Assembly: GCF_009914755.1 (NCBI RefSeq)
Contig: NC_060935.1
From: the human T2T-CHM13v2.0 reference genome, Homo sapiens
DNA length: 64,000 bases
Strand: one strand, 5' to 3'
The notes under the pieces were generated by a model, which did no database searches, was not told the DNA's origin, and was given only the letters and a program-made list of their open reading frames with translations. The position numbers and the translations under genes are program-made. How positions within the stretch are numbered: the first letter of the stretch is position 1; each line of letters opens with the position of its first letter. Shown here piece after piece: positions 14,176 to 28,071 of the stretch.

Positions 14176-16855
14176 AAACGGAATTTCTTAAAACCCCCAA
14201 CCCTGCGTATGAGAAATGTGAAATCAGAGAGAGAAATTTTTATTATTGTAAGAGTTGATGCTTTAGAATTTTTTCTAGGAAGAAAATGGTTTTGTTGAGG
14301 AAAACACCTTGAGAACTATTAGGGCAAGAAGAGGAGCTTCAAAGATCTGAGTGTCAGCTGGGAAAGAGGTGTCAGGTGGGGGACAGCTCTGTGTTGTAAA
14401 GGAGGAAGGGAGACAACACTCTGGAGGAAGACATGACAGAAATAAGAAAGAGACACCAACGAGAAGGCTTTGGGGTTTGTGAGGTGACCCCCTCCCTCTG
14501 CTAAGTTCATAAATACTCCCTGTGAGTGGATTCCTTGTAGTCCTAGTGAAGGGATGAATTGTGCATACAGGGAACATGAGCATTTGGATCAGAGATGGCT
14601 TGCACAGTTGCAAGAGCCCAGAAGGATAAGCACCATGAGGAGTCACAGTAGACTTGGGGAATGCTTTGGACTTACCTAGACTGTGGAATTTGGGATTGGG
14701 AGCAATCTTTCCCAAAGCTCAAATACTAAGGGGGGACCTGACAATTAGGTTACAAGGGCAAGTTTTTCACTCCATTTGAAAAGAAGGCCAATGGCTTCAT
14801 CAAAGCCTCTCTGGATTGTAGCTCATCAGTAGAGGTACAAAAATCCTAGAGAATATGAACAAAAAAAAAAAAGAAAAAAACAAATAAACCAAAACCCAAT
14901 TTCAATGTCCAGCATTTGAAGAATGGAGTATCTCTGAGAGGTGGAGTAGCTGGAGATACTAAACAAATTAGAGCCATTCCTACAGAGCCAGCAATGAAGA
15001 AGCTAGTGCAGTTGGAAAAGTGTGGGCCTAGCTGCCACTGGCTTCAGGAGAAGAGGTGGGTCCTCGTCTTTTTGCCAGACCTGGCCAGATGGAAGTGCAC
15101 CATCTGCCTGGCCCCTGCATCTGCATGTAACAAGGCATCTGCTGAGGCTATCCAAAACTAGCACAGCCTCATAGATGAAGCTGAGTGGCTGCCCACCAGT
15201 CCCCATTCCTATTTCATGGGAAGAGCAATGAAATCATTAGAAGACCCAAGACATGTCTCTAAGGATGACAGAGGATCCCAAAGGGCCCAAGACCGGCTGG
15301 CACTTCCATATCTTTCTCACAACGGAATCCTGGGCCTTGGAAAATGTGGATGACTTTGGTGAAGAAGCAGTGGCTACAGAGATCAGGCTGGAGGATGGAA
15401 TTTGCGATTCTTGCACCATACCACCTGAATAAGGGCAAACCTGGAAGCCACAAGCTAGCCTAGACACTGGCTGATCTGACCAAGAGACCTGAGTATGCAG
15501 CTGAATGGAGAAAATGCCTGGTCAAAGCTGCACAGCTAGGCAGGGCCAATAACAGAGCACCTGGCTCCAGGATACCTGCCTGGAGTTCCAGCTATTGCCG
15601 ACCTGGGCTTCCCTGCCTCATGCTCACCACTTAAGATGCTCTACCAACTTAGTTCATGCAGGTGAGGGACATGAAATAATTGTTGCTTACCAGTAGATCA
15701 CTGCATATACCAGCCAGAATCCTTGGTGTGACCTGCCACTGGGTCACATCCAATAGCTCCTGCTCAGCTACGGGGTAGGAGGGGGAAGACCCTTCTGCTT
15801 GTCCTGCTCTAAGTAACCATTCGTCTGCTCTTATTCCTCATCTGTGAAACCCACCCCAGCCATCTTAATGTTCGCCTCATCTCTCTCCTGGACTGTTGCC
15901 GCAGCCCGTAATGTGGTTTTCCTGCCTCCAGCTCTACTATATAAATCCATGGCACAGAAAGATGCCTGGTGAATCTTCTGAAAGCATTCTGATCAGATTG
16001 TTAACTTGGTCCAGATCTCTAGATGTTGTCTTCGTTGCTTATAGAATGAAATCTAAATCATTCCATGGGACACCCAAGATCCTACATGATCCAGGCCCAA
16101 CTTTCCTTTCGAATTTCATCTTTCACCCTATCCCTAGCACCATCCTATGCTCAAGCCACACCTGAATACCTACCCTTCTATAACGCCCTGCATGTTTCAA
16201 CCTTCCCAACTTTGCTCTTTCATTCTTTCCACTCCTCCCTCTTCACTCATTGAAATCCCATCCATTCCTCACAATTCAAAACAAATACCACCTCCTCCAT
16301 GGGGCTTCCAGGTGCCTTAATTGGAAGTAACCGCTCTTTTCTCTCTGCCTCTTGGTACTTCCCATCACCTAAATAGCTGCCCTTGTTGCTCTCTGCCTAT
16401 GCTTCAGTGAATGCTTTTCCACGTCTTTTTTTAACCCTCACTTGAATGTAAACTCCTTGAAGTCTGGATCATATATTATTATTCAGCTGTAATTGCTAGC
16501 ATGATGTGGATACTCAATAAATATCTGCTGAATCAGAGCTGAGCTAGAAGATGAAATTAGAAAGAAAATTCCAATTTCCCTTAATAGAAGAGAGAGAAGA
16601 GAGAGGCCCTGTGTCCTCCACAAAACTAGCACAGCCTCATAGATGAAGCTGAGAGCAAAGTAACAGCAGCCTCGGGCTTGGCCATTCCCCAGGGGCTCAC
16701 TAGGAATCCCCAGCTGTCTCCAGCCTCACAAATCCTGCTGCAACATTCAGAGACAGATCCTTGACCTAGTGAGAAGTAGACACGACACCTTTCCAAACTA
16801 CAGGTCATCTGGGTGCTGAGCTGCTGAGACATTGACACCAAAAGTGCATGTCCTA

Positions 16856-17166
16856 GGCTGGGTGCAGTGGCTTATGCCTATAATCCCAGCACTTTAGGAA
16901 GCCAAGGTGGGTGGATCGCTTGAGGTCAGGAGTTCAAGACCAACCTGGCTAACATGATGAAACCCCCTATCTATTAAAAATACAAAAATTAACTGGGCAT
17001 GGTGGCGCGTGCCTGTAACTCCAGGTATTTGGGAGGCTGAGGCATAAGAATCATTTGAACTCAGGAGACAGAGGTTGCAGTGAGCCGAGACAGTGCCACA
17101 GCACTCCAGCCTGGGTGACAGAGTAAGACTCTGTCTCAAAAAAAAAAAAAAAAAAAAAAAAAAAAG
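16856..17166 (+). mobile_element. AluS
   Basis: Full dimer, long A tail, TSD aagtgcatgtcc. Confidence 0.95.
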
Positions 17167-17932
17167 AAGTGCATGTCCCACAGACACTCAAGCTCCCCAC
17201 TCTTGGGCCTTACTTTCAGAGCGGTTTTCCTGAATATGGCTCCCCTTGGAGGTGGGGGAAGGGAGAATCAGCCAAGACATTAGGCTTCAGCTAACCCTGC
17301 CAAGATGGACTGGGTGTGCAGAAGACTTATTGGTCACGGAAGCTCTTCTGTTCCACCTGCATCACACCCAGTGTCCCTTGGGCTTTCCACTTCCCCATTG
17401 CCTTCCATGTGGCATAAGAAAGGCTGCTTATCAGCTGCTGGGCGCTGCTTCTGTGGGAATCCAGCTCTCCTACAGAACAGGGAGGGAGATGGAGGCTTCC
17501 CTAGGGCTGCCATCCCCTCCACTTCTTAGGGAAAGAATTCCCAGTCAGACTGGAATTTGCAGTGAGGCATGAAGCATCTTCATAGTGGCTTGGGTTGGAG
17601 GTAGGGTCCGAAGGAGGCCCCAGACCCTAAGGATCCAACATGGGCACCTGGCTCAGGTGTAGCCTGCATGACACTTGGGAGCCCATCACTGCCACCACAG
17701 TTTAGAGAAAAAGGGGTGGGGGACTTTTTTAGCATTTGGCTTCTACACATGGACTTGGAGGCTGGTGGGGCCACCAACTGACCTGTTACTACCAGTGTGT
17801 GACTGATACAACAGATATCTCAAGGAGAATGCAGCTTACTGGAAAAGGCTGAATGGTTACCATTTAGTTCCACTAAAATCCCATCAATAACCAGGGCTTT
17901 AGTAAAACTGATGACAAATAGTGACAGCTTAT

Positions 17933-18342
17933 TATTATGGGTTGAATTGTGCCACCCCCAAATTCATATGGTGAATCCTATCCATCAGCACCTCAGAATG
18001 TGACCTTATTTGGAAATAGGGTTGTTGCAGATGTAATTAATTAAGATGAGGTCATTAAGAGAGGATCTAATCCAATATGACTGATGGATGTCCTAACTTA
18101 AAAAAAAAAAAAAAAAGGAAATGTGGACACAGAGACACACATACAGGGAGAAGACGGCCATCTCCAAACCACGGAGAGAGGACTGGAACAGATGCTTAAC
18201 TAACAGCCCTCAGATGGAACCAACCCTGGGGACACCTTGATTTTGAACTTCCAGCCTCCAGAGCTGTGAGATGATAAATTTCTGGTTGTTTAAACGCCCA
18301 ATTTGCAGTGCTTTGTTATGGCAGCCACAGGAAACTAACACA
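17933..18342 (+). mobile_element. MaLR LTR (MLT1A/B-like)
   Basis: cctcagaatgtgaccttatttggaaataggg and 3' ctttgttatggcagcc..ggaaactaacaca. Confidence 0.85.
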
Positions 18343-19677
18343 CTTTAAAAATCCTCGCTGTAAATCATGCTCACTTATTTCAGTCATCCTTATGACAACT
18401 CAGTGAGCGAGATATTTTTATTTAGCCTCATTTTCCAAATAAGAACTGCGAGGCTCTGAAGAGTTAAGAGATTCATCCAGGGTATTAAGTGGATGAGCCA
18501 TTATTTGAACTTCGCTGCTTGACTGTGAAGTCTGCTTGACTCTGAAGTCCCTGTTCTTTTCTCTACACCAGCCATTGCTGCCTTAGACAGAAGGGATGTC
18601 CTTATGAGTGATGCTACCATGCATCCTGGGCTCCAGTGAGCCATGCCTGGTGGTTGTACTTCCCGTGTAGATGTGCCCAATTCATTGTATTGTAAACACA
18701 AACGGGCTTCCTGCCCAGACCACTCTGGACAGACGACCACCGGCAGTTCCCAGATGGCCACACAGGAGCTGGGGCCGACAGCCCAGTGAGGGATGACAAT
18801 TGTGGCCCAGCTGGTAGAAGGATGCTTGAAGGTGAGGCCAGTATTCAAGGATCTGGCAGGTTGGGTCACTGTTCTGTAGAGGGAGTGGCCTGGGCACTAA
18901 GAGAAGCCTGTGAGGATCCTGGGTAGGCAGGAGACAGGTGAGCAGTTATGTGGGATGGGGCCTGAGGAGATACAAGCGCAAGACAAGGGGCAAAAAGGCA
19001 GGATCTGGGACCCACAGAGACCAGGGAAGCTGCAATTCAAGGTCAGAGTGACCCAGGGCTGACCAGAAGGTGGGATGTGTGGGAGGCCACAGGAGCCCCT
19101 CAGGGAAGACGCTGCCCTAAAGTCAGAGGAAACTGGTCTCTGAGGATGATTCCTTGGGTCTTTGGTGGGAATGAGATAGAGAAGAGCAGGCGCTTCTTGC
19201 CTAACTTCCAGAGAAGTAACTACTGTTGGACAAATGAAGCAAAGGGGACCAACCCTGTGCAAGGCAGTTCACTCAATGGCAGGCATAGAGCTGCTGTGGG
19301 CTTTCATGTGGCTTTCGTGTGGGCTTTCACATCTTCTGGCCCTGTGATGTCTGGTTCAAGTCCAAGGATCATGAAAGGCCTTTAACGGCTGCTGGGCAGA
19401 ACACTCCCCTCATTTCTCTTCTGATTCCAGGCCCTGACTTCCTGGCAGATAGCATACCAACTGGCCCAGCAGATGTGCTCCAGCCCCTTCCTGAGGTTCC
19501 CCTGCCACTATCAGCCAGCCACCATTGCTTCCTCAAGTGCCTAGGGCTTCCAATATGGGCTTCCAGGCTCACCAGATGCGACCCAGGCCAGCCTCAGGAA
19601 GTGGGTGCAGGGGACTTACTTCCCCTCTGAGCTCCACTCACCCATCTTCCCACCATGCCAGTGGGAAGAAATTTTTT

Positions 19678-20000
19678 GGCCAGGCATGGTGGCTCATACC
19701 TGCAATCCCAGCACTTTAGGAGGCTGAGGCAGGTAAATTACCTGAGGCCAGGAGTTTGAGACCAGCCTGGCCAACACAGCAAAACTTTGTCTCTACTAAA
19801 AATACAAAAATTACCTGGGCGTGGTGGCACACACCTGGAATCCCAGCTACTCCAGAGGCTGAGGCACGGGAATCACTTGAACCCAGGAGACAGAGGTTGC
19901 AGCGAGCCAAGATCATGCCACTGCACTCCAGCCTGGGCAACAGAGTGAGACTAGGTCTCAAAAAATAATAATAACAATAAAGAAAGAAAGAAAAATAAAA
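19678..20000 (+). mobile_element. AluS
   Basis: Full dimer with A-rich tail. Confidence 0.95.
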
Positions 20001-20124
20001 TTTCTGTAAAAGGCAACATTTCAGAATCCCATTTTAAGTTGAACCTATAGCAGGGTGGCAAATAAATCCCATCAACCATCCAATTCTGACTGATTGGTGA
20101 CAGCTGCCTGTAGCACTGTGTTAA

Positions 20125-20672
<548 letters not shown>

Positions 20673-21852
20673 TGAGTCAGCTCAGCCTCCTTGGCATTTC
20701 AGTGCAGCACAAGGGCTGGCACACAGCAGGCCTCCATATTCATGTGCTGTTCTGCCAGACGTTGTGAAGATCATCTCCATTCTCAGATTTCAGAAACGCA
20801 TATCCTAAACTATGGTTTCTTTCTACCTCCCCACACAGAGAAACATAAGTAGCAGCATAATTCTTACAGACCTGGAAATAACAATTTAACAAACAACGTC
20901 CCAAGAGCTATAGTGCATCCTTGAGATATTAGGTGGGGAATATGTTCATTCATGGATTTAGTAAACTTGTTGAAGATGTGAGGGCTGTGGGGAGGACCAC
21001 TGTGGGGAGGGCACTCATATTCCATCTTGTCAGCAACCTCTTCCTTCCCCCATTCTCCCTCCACCCCAGGGAGCCTCAGAAGCTCCAGATTCCCTCCCCT
21101 CTATTGGAAAGAGTAATTCAGCTCTCCATTACTCTGTCCCCAACCCTCACCATCCAAACCCTTCTAGGTGCTCAGCGGAACTCCCCATTCAACACCCATA
21201 CTCTTCACTCTACAGAAGTTTCTTCCTCTTGCATATACTATGATATATTTCACAGCTCTTAGAAAAATGAGTGAGTTCTTTCCGTACATACATGAAAAAA
21301 GATGAACAGAAGAAAAAAACAGCCAGGTTGCAGGGCAACATATAAAGTGTGATACTTCTATATCCATGCGGTCTGGCAGGCTACATGTCAAACTGTTAGC
21401 CATAGTTACCTGCAGGGAGGAAATGAGACTGGGGGGTAGGCTGTCAAGAACATTGTGTTTTTACTCCATATAATTGTACTGTTTAAACTTTTTTTAGTAA
21501 TGAAAATGTATTAGTTGTGTAATTAGAAACAAAAAAGACAGGATTTCAGCATGGGAAAAGCAGGTCAAGGAATGCCAAGGCCCTGCCTTCTTGAAGAAGT
21601 AAATTTCTACACTCAGCTGGTTTGCTTGAGGGCAGCTGCTCATTTATCCCCAACTGCCTCAAGAAACAGAGAAAAGGAGGGCCTTCCTGTTGGAGATGTT
21701 GCTTGGAGAGCTGGGCTTAATGCGCCTGCATTAAATGCTCTTGCATTACTGCTGGGTAACAACCCTTCTCTCTCTCGGCTGTGGGGTGCAGCCTTTCCAG
21801 ATCACTTGCTTGCATGCAGGCCAACTAGGGTGGTCCAGGCCTGGAAGACTGC

Positions 21853-22208
<356 letters not shown>

Positions 22209-22554
22209 TGATGAGGAGAGGTAAGGGGGCTCTGAACTGCAGGTGTCCTTCCTCACCTTCCTCAGTGAGATTAGTCGGACTTGGCCAAACCAAAACCAGT
22301 AACGCTGATGAGAACAGGGAACTCCCAGCCTTAGTTCTATTTTGTCCACCCTTGATTCCTTCTCCTTTTGTGCACCATGCCTCAACTCATAGGAAACAAA
22401 GAGGATGGATGAGTCAACAGGCTGTGGTTTTTAACCACATTAATGGATCAGAGAAGACAAGAGACTTGAATGCCCTCCCACATTAGATGAGAAAGAGGTT
22501 CCCTCTCGGGAGAGGAAAATGCCTCTTAAGTTAGCGCTGGTTGGGGAAAAGAGG

Positions 22555-22946
22555 CCTCAGTTCCTTGACATGTAGATCCCTCCAGAGGGCTGCTTGAGTG
22601 TCCTCACAACATGGCAGCCGGCTTCCCCCAGGGCTGGTGATCCAAGAGAGACCAAGTCGTATCTTTTATGACCAGTCTCAGGGTCACGCATCACTTCCAC
22701 CACATTCTATTCATTAGAAGCGAGTCAGTAAGTCTAGCCTATACTCAAAGGGAGAGGAATTAGGTTCTATTTTTTGAAGAGAGACATAGGCAGGTCTGAA
22801 TGCAGTGGTGTTTACAACTGATTGATCACAACTAGTTACAGATTTCTTTTTTTCTTCTCTCCTCCCACTGTTTCATTTGACTAGCCTTAAAAAAAATGAA
22901 GAGAGAAGTATCAAAACATTTGTGGGCATGTTTTAAAACCACTACA
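22555..22946 (-). mobile_element. MLT1-type LTR fragment hosting the Y3 retrocopy
   Basis: gctgcttgagtgtcctcacaacatggcagc..ggcttcccc and terminal ttttaaaaccactaca. Confidence 0.7.
22789..22896 (+). pseudogene. Y3 RNA (RNY3-like) retropseudogene
   Basis: ggcaggtctgaatgcagtggtgtttacaactgattgatcacaactagttacagatttc...gactagcctt closely follows hY3; A tail; TSD tgaagagaga at 22775-22784 and 22897-22906. Confidence 0.93.
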
Positions 22947-23184
22947 GATATGACTTATCTGGCTTTGTACTAGGTGCTAGAGACATAGAAATGAATCAAA
23001 ATCCCTGCCCTCAAGAAACTCTCAGCTTAACACAGGAGACTGATATGTTACCTGGATTACAATAAACCAGGGATCACAGGGAGGAAGTTTTCTACTGGGG
23101 TGGGGGCAGGTGACAGTGAGATAGGAGTCTCAGTGGGGACCTTGATGTGGGCCTTGGAGCATGAGTAGGAGTGTGTTAACCAAG

Positions 23185-23580
23185 GTGAACTGATGCTCGG
23201 CACCCATGCCTACCTCCTCCTGGTGAGCCTTCCTGCACTGCAGAGGCTCATGAAAGAAAACTACATCCCCCAGACGCCTTGCAGGCAACCCTTCCGAGAG
23301 GATTTAGGTCCTGCCAATGAGATGTGCTAAAGCAAGACATGGAGGGCAGAAGTCAGGCGTGGGCTGAGCTCCCATGCCTTTTGCTATTTCTTCTGACAAG
23401 CTCTGACATGGAGGTGTGTGCTTTCTTGGCATCATACGTGGCAGCAACCCCATTGTTCAGATCCCGACTCAAGGGTGTCCAGAGAAAGAGTGGGACATCC
23501 TTTCACTATGAGATTGTGGCTAGTATGGCATGGCTGTGGGGTGGCACTTGTACAGAGTAGTCGGGTGGCTTCCTGAGAGT
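23185..23580. mobile_element. Old ERVL LTR fragment (LTR16/LTR33-like)
   Basis: aaaactacatcccccagacgccttgcagg..gtcctgccaatgagatg. Confidence 0.5.
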
Positions 23581-23596
23581 AGAAAATGCTCAGACC

Positions 23597-23885
23597 TGGT
23601 GGGGTGCAGTCCCAGTACTTCGGGAGGCCAAGGCAGGTGTATCACTTGAGGTCAGGGATTCAAGACCAGCCTGGCGAACATGGTGAAACACCATCTCTAC
23701 TAAAAATACAAAAATTAGCTGATTGTGGTGGCATGCACCTATAATCTCAGCTACTCAGGAGGCTGAGGCAGGAACCACTTGAACCTGAGAGGTGGAGGTT
23801 GCAGTGAGCTGAGATCACGCCACTGCACTCCAGCCTGGGTGACAGAGGAAGACTGTCTCAAAAAAAAAAAAAAAAAAAAAAAAAA
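23597..23885 (+). mobile_element. AluS
   Basis: Dimer with long A tail; ctcagacct on both flanks. Confidence 0.93.
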
Positions 23886-25879
23886 ATTCTCAGACCTTCC
23901 ACAACCCCTTCTAGAGTTGGAGGGTTGTGGGGGTACTCAAAGCACACAGATAGCTTTCATCAAATTCTTCCTCCAATGCCTGCTTCTCCTGGCCACCTTT
24001 ACTTCAACTCTTTTATATCCTTAAGTGTGTGAGGGGCATAGGTGATCTTACCTTGGAAAGTTCAGGGATTTTGGAGCCTCAGCTGCAACTGAGAGTTACA
24101 CAGTTCCATTTTAACAACCAATTACTCCAAGTTAAAACTCATAAAATGCCAACCAAAAATTAATCTGGCCCCCTCCAGTCTTTTATTGTCTCCCTTACTG
24201 AACTCATCCACACACCCACACACCATGCTGTCAGCCAAATAGAAGTGTCACTGGATTAATTTCAGAGATAAATATGGGAACTTTAGAAAGTTTACAAGCT
24301 CAGCAGTTGTCAGGAACCCAGCTTTGCTTTGCCGACATTTGCCCATGGTTTCTGGCCTGAGATGTGCAGGTTAGAACAGAGCTCATCTCCCACCAGCCCT
24401 GAGCTGCTGAGATACAGACTCATGATGGGGTTTTTATTATCATTCTTGTCTTAAGGCATCACCATCACATACCAGCTTTCATGGGGCTCTCACTCTCCAG
24501 CACCACCCCCGCACACACCCACACACTGCCCTAGACACTCTTTGGAGCCTGACATCCCCACATTCACTTGATAAATATTTACAGCTTAAGAGACAGCAGG
24601 CTGGAAAGCACATGGCAGCCATGGATCCCACCCACAGTGGGACTCACTTGGTGTCGGCTTGGCTTGTAAACCTCTCTGAATGCAGGGCAAGGCGTCCTGG
24701 GGAAGAAGCTATAAACAAGCATTGCTTGGCTGAACCCCTAATTGACAGAATCTTGAAACCAGAGACTGAGTCTAGGTTTCCTGCATAGCCCATGAGCTTT
24801 AGATCTCGGTGGGTGCACACCCTCAATGGAAGACAAGCTTGAGGATAAGATGGATTTTACTTTTGAAAGATGACTCTCCTTTGCATGTAAGTCAAGAAAC
24901 AATATCCAGACATCCCCCAAAGGACTTCCTCATGCAGATTCTCAACATTTTCTAGGTCCTGGACTCATTTGAGAATATGATTAAAGTTGTAGGTACTCTA
25001 CCCAGAAAAAAAATGCACGAAGGCACATACACACAGCACTTGCATGTAATAACTTTAAAGATTGAAAGATGAATTAGATCCAAGCCTCTGCCTTCCAGGA
25101 GCTGACAGTCTTGCAGAAAAGGTAAACAACAATAAGCAAAATGCGTGTCAATATAGATGAGAAAGTGACTCACACTTTGAAGGGCTGTGGAGCTTATGTA
25201 TTTTGAGTTCAGGGAGACGGAGATCAGGTTGTGAGGTAAAGAGCCCAGCAGAGGGCAAAGGACTCAGCCCTAATTGCTATTCAGGTGTACTCCAGCTGTC
25301 TGCAGAGGGCCTCTGCTCCTCAGTACCTAAGTGAGATGGCCTTAGACTTCTGAATCCCATGGACTGGAGATTCAACACCCTCCCCAGTACATCTGCTGGT
25401 CCCCTGGGAGGACTCGTGGTCTCCTGGTCTTTTTACCTCTCAAAACTCTGGCCTCCTCTCACATCCCTTCTGTCCCCATAGTACGTTCTCCCCAACATAA
25501 AATTCAGTCACTTCGTTCATTTCCACAACAAAAAGTTGACCACCGCAAGCATTTACACAGGCTTTGCAGAAAAATGGGGTGGAGGTGGGGTTCCTGGAAA
25601 AGGGCCATATAATACCACACCTCGCTTTTGCCATCTGCTGAGTCCTTCTGCCTTCTCTCCATACTTTTGTCTCTTTTCTCCTCTTTTTCAGGAGCAACTC
25701 AAAAAGTTCCTAAAGCTTTAGTGTGAGAGGACACTGAGGGCTGGGGTGGGAGTGAGGTGGGGGGTGTGTGAGTGGGGGGAACTACCCTCCTTGCAAGCCC
25801 TTATCAAGGCATCTTTCCAAAACACACAGACTGATTGCTCCAAGAGGAATTTGGCAATAAAAATCTCTCCATACCACTT

Positions 25880-26390
25880 ATATTGGTTAGCTGAAAAGAC
25901 AAAATCCACTCTGGCCAGATTAAGCAAGAGAGGATTTATGACAGAGTATTAAGTGTCTTACAAAACTACTAGGAGGGATTTAGAAGAGACTTTAAGTTGA
26001 GATTTCAGCAAGGCTTACCCAAATGAAACCTGGGTCACGTGCCAATAAGGGGGCTGCTAGGTCGCCTCTGACCAGGACCGGCCCCCAGCAGAATGGATGC
26101 CCCTCGCCTCCCAACGTCATGAGGACGGTGACAGGGCTGCAGTGCCAGTCCCCTCACGGCAGTGCCCGCAGAAACAGCGGGAGCAGCAGGCAAGGGTCTT
26201 CGTTGGCTTCCGCCCAAATCTCACACAGTGCGTCTGATTCGCTGAGCCTTAACGCCCTCGGACCCCTGACCGCATGGGAATCTGGGAAACGTAGTTTTTA
26301 GCTTTCCAGCCTTCGCACTACCGGAGAGTTCACTAGAAGGCAGACGTAATAAAGGTTGAGTGTCAATCTACTGTGTACAGATAAACCACA
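25880..26390 (-). mobile_element. Old MLT1-type LTR with unusually high CpG
   Basis: aaatccactctggccagattaagcaag..ggattt and tctgattcgctgagcct..ggaatctgggaaacgtagtttt resemble MLT1 consensus. Confidence 0.55.
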
Positions 26391-26576
26391 CCATATCATT
26401 TTGAATGGGGGGAGAGAGGAAGAAGGTGGGGGGGAGAAGAGAATTCGCTTTTATTAGGCACCTACTGTAAACGACGTAACTTATATCCCTCAATTCCTAT
26501 AACACGATGAGTAGGCCTTATCACCACATTAAAGATATGGGAACTAAGGCTTACAGAGAATAAGGTTTTTTTGCGG

Positions 26577-26892
<316 letters not shown>

Positions 26893-27638
26893 ATACAGAG
26901 GATGTCACCTTTCCTCCAGTCACATCAATACAGCTGCATCCCAGGACAGTAGGGGAAACTCCAAAAATCGTACAAGCTAAGGAAAGGTAGCTTAGCTTAT
27001 AGATCCATCTATTAGGAATTCCAAAAGTTCCACACGGTCCCCACTTTGCTGTCCTCTGTGCACAAGTTCCTCCTATTCTGACCATCCTGATCGTCTCAGG
27101 ACCCACCTCGTCTTCCAGCTTCTGTCTGAGGCAGCCATCAGGGTGACACTCTGCTGGGCTGGCATGCCCACTGACACCCTTCCAGAAGCATAGAGGCAGC
27201 TTCTCAGAGGACTTCTTCTGGTAGGAGCTTGTGGCTGTTTCTTACAACATCATGGATGATTCAGGAACATGGGTGTGCAGTGGCTTCATAACTCCAATCC
27301 CAACCTCAGCCTCTGCAGAGCTGTCCTGCAGCCTCATTTTTGTCCCCCACACATTTCATCACAAGAGAGTAGTCTCCACCTTCCCCACTCAAGCAGTGGC
27401 TTTGGGTTTGAAGTCGGCTTGTCTGTCAGTTGCCAACCATGCTACAAACTTGACTAATCTCTGAGCTCCAACCTCAGGGCCCCCACTTGTAGTTTCTCAG
27501 AGAAGTCAGACTTGTCTTCCTCAGACGTATATGGGCCTCCCAAGTGGGCTTCAATTCCTCAGAACCTTCCTCGATGTTCTTTTGTGCAGAGAATAACAGA
27601 GGCCGGTCTCTTCACAAGCCTAACATGAGAACCTAATG

Positions 27639-27944
27639 GGGCCAGGCGCGGTGGCTCATGCCTGTAATCCCAGCACTTTGGGAAGCCAAGGTGGGCAGAT
27701 TATTTGAGGTCAGGAGTTCGAGACCAACCTGGCCAATATGGTGAAACCCCATCTCTACTAAAAATACAAAAATTAGCCAGGTGTGGTGGCGGACACCTGT
27801 AATCCCAGCTACTTGTGAGGCTGAGGCAGGAGAATCGCTTGAGCCCAACCCAGGAGGTGGGGAGGTGGAGGATGCAGAGAGCTGAGATCTTCCCACTGCA
27901 CTCCAGCCTGGGCAACAAGAGTAAAACACCTCGAAAAAAAAAAA
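27639..27944 (+). mobile_element. AluS
   Basis: Full dimer; TSD agaacctaatgg. Confidence 0.95.
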
Positions 27945-28071
27945 GAACCTAATGGGATAATTATGAGATGCCCTCATACATGTTTAGACCTCAGTAAATC
28001 CCAATTGTTTGCCTCTACTCCCTTCCTGTGGTAGGCCACTTCTGAAATGGTCTTGATGATCTGGATAGTCA

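Noticed and set aside
15220-15430. RTE/L4 reverse-transcriptase remnant, or a 59-aa micro-ORF (MSLRMTEDPK...)
   Set aside because: No convincing RT motif; the lectin-like frame explains the region better
20703-20814. Additional exon candidate (CSTRAGTQQ...ILNY)
   Set aside because: Frame is open, but the donor (gtttct) is very weak; not counted in the exon chain
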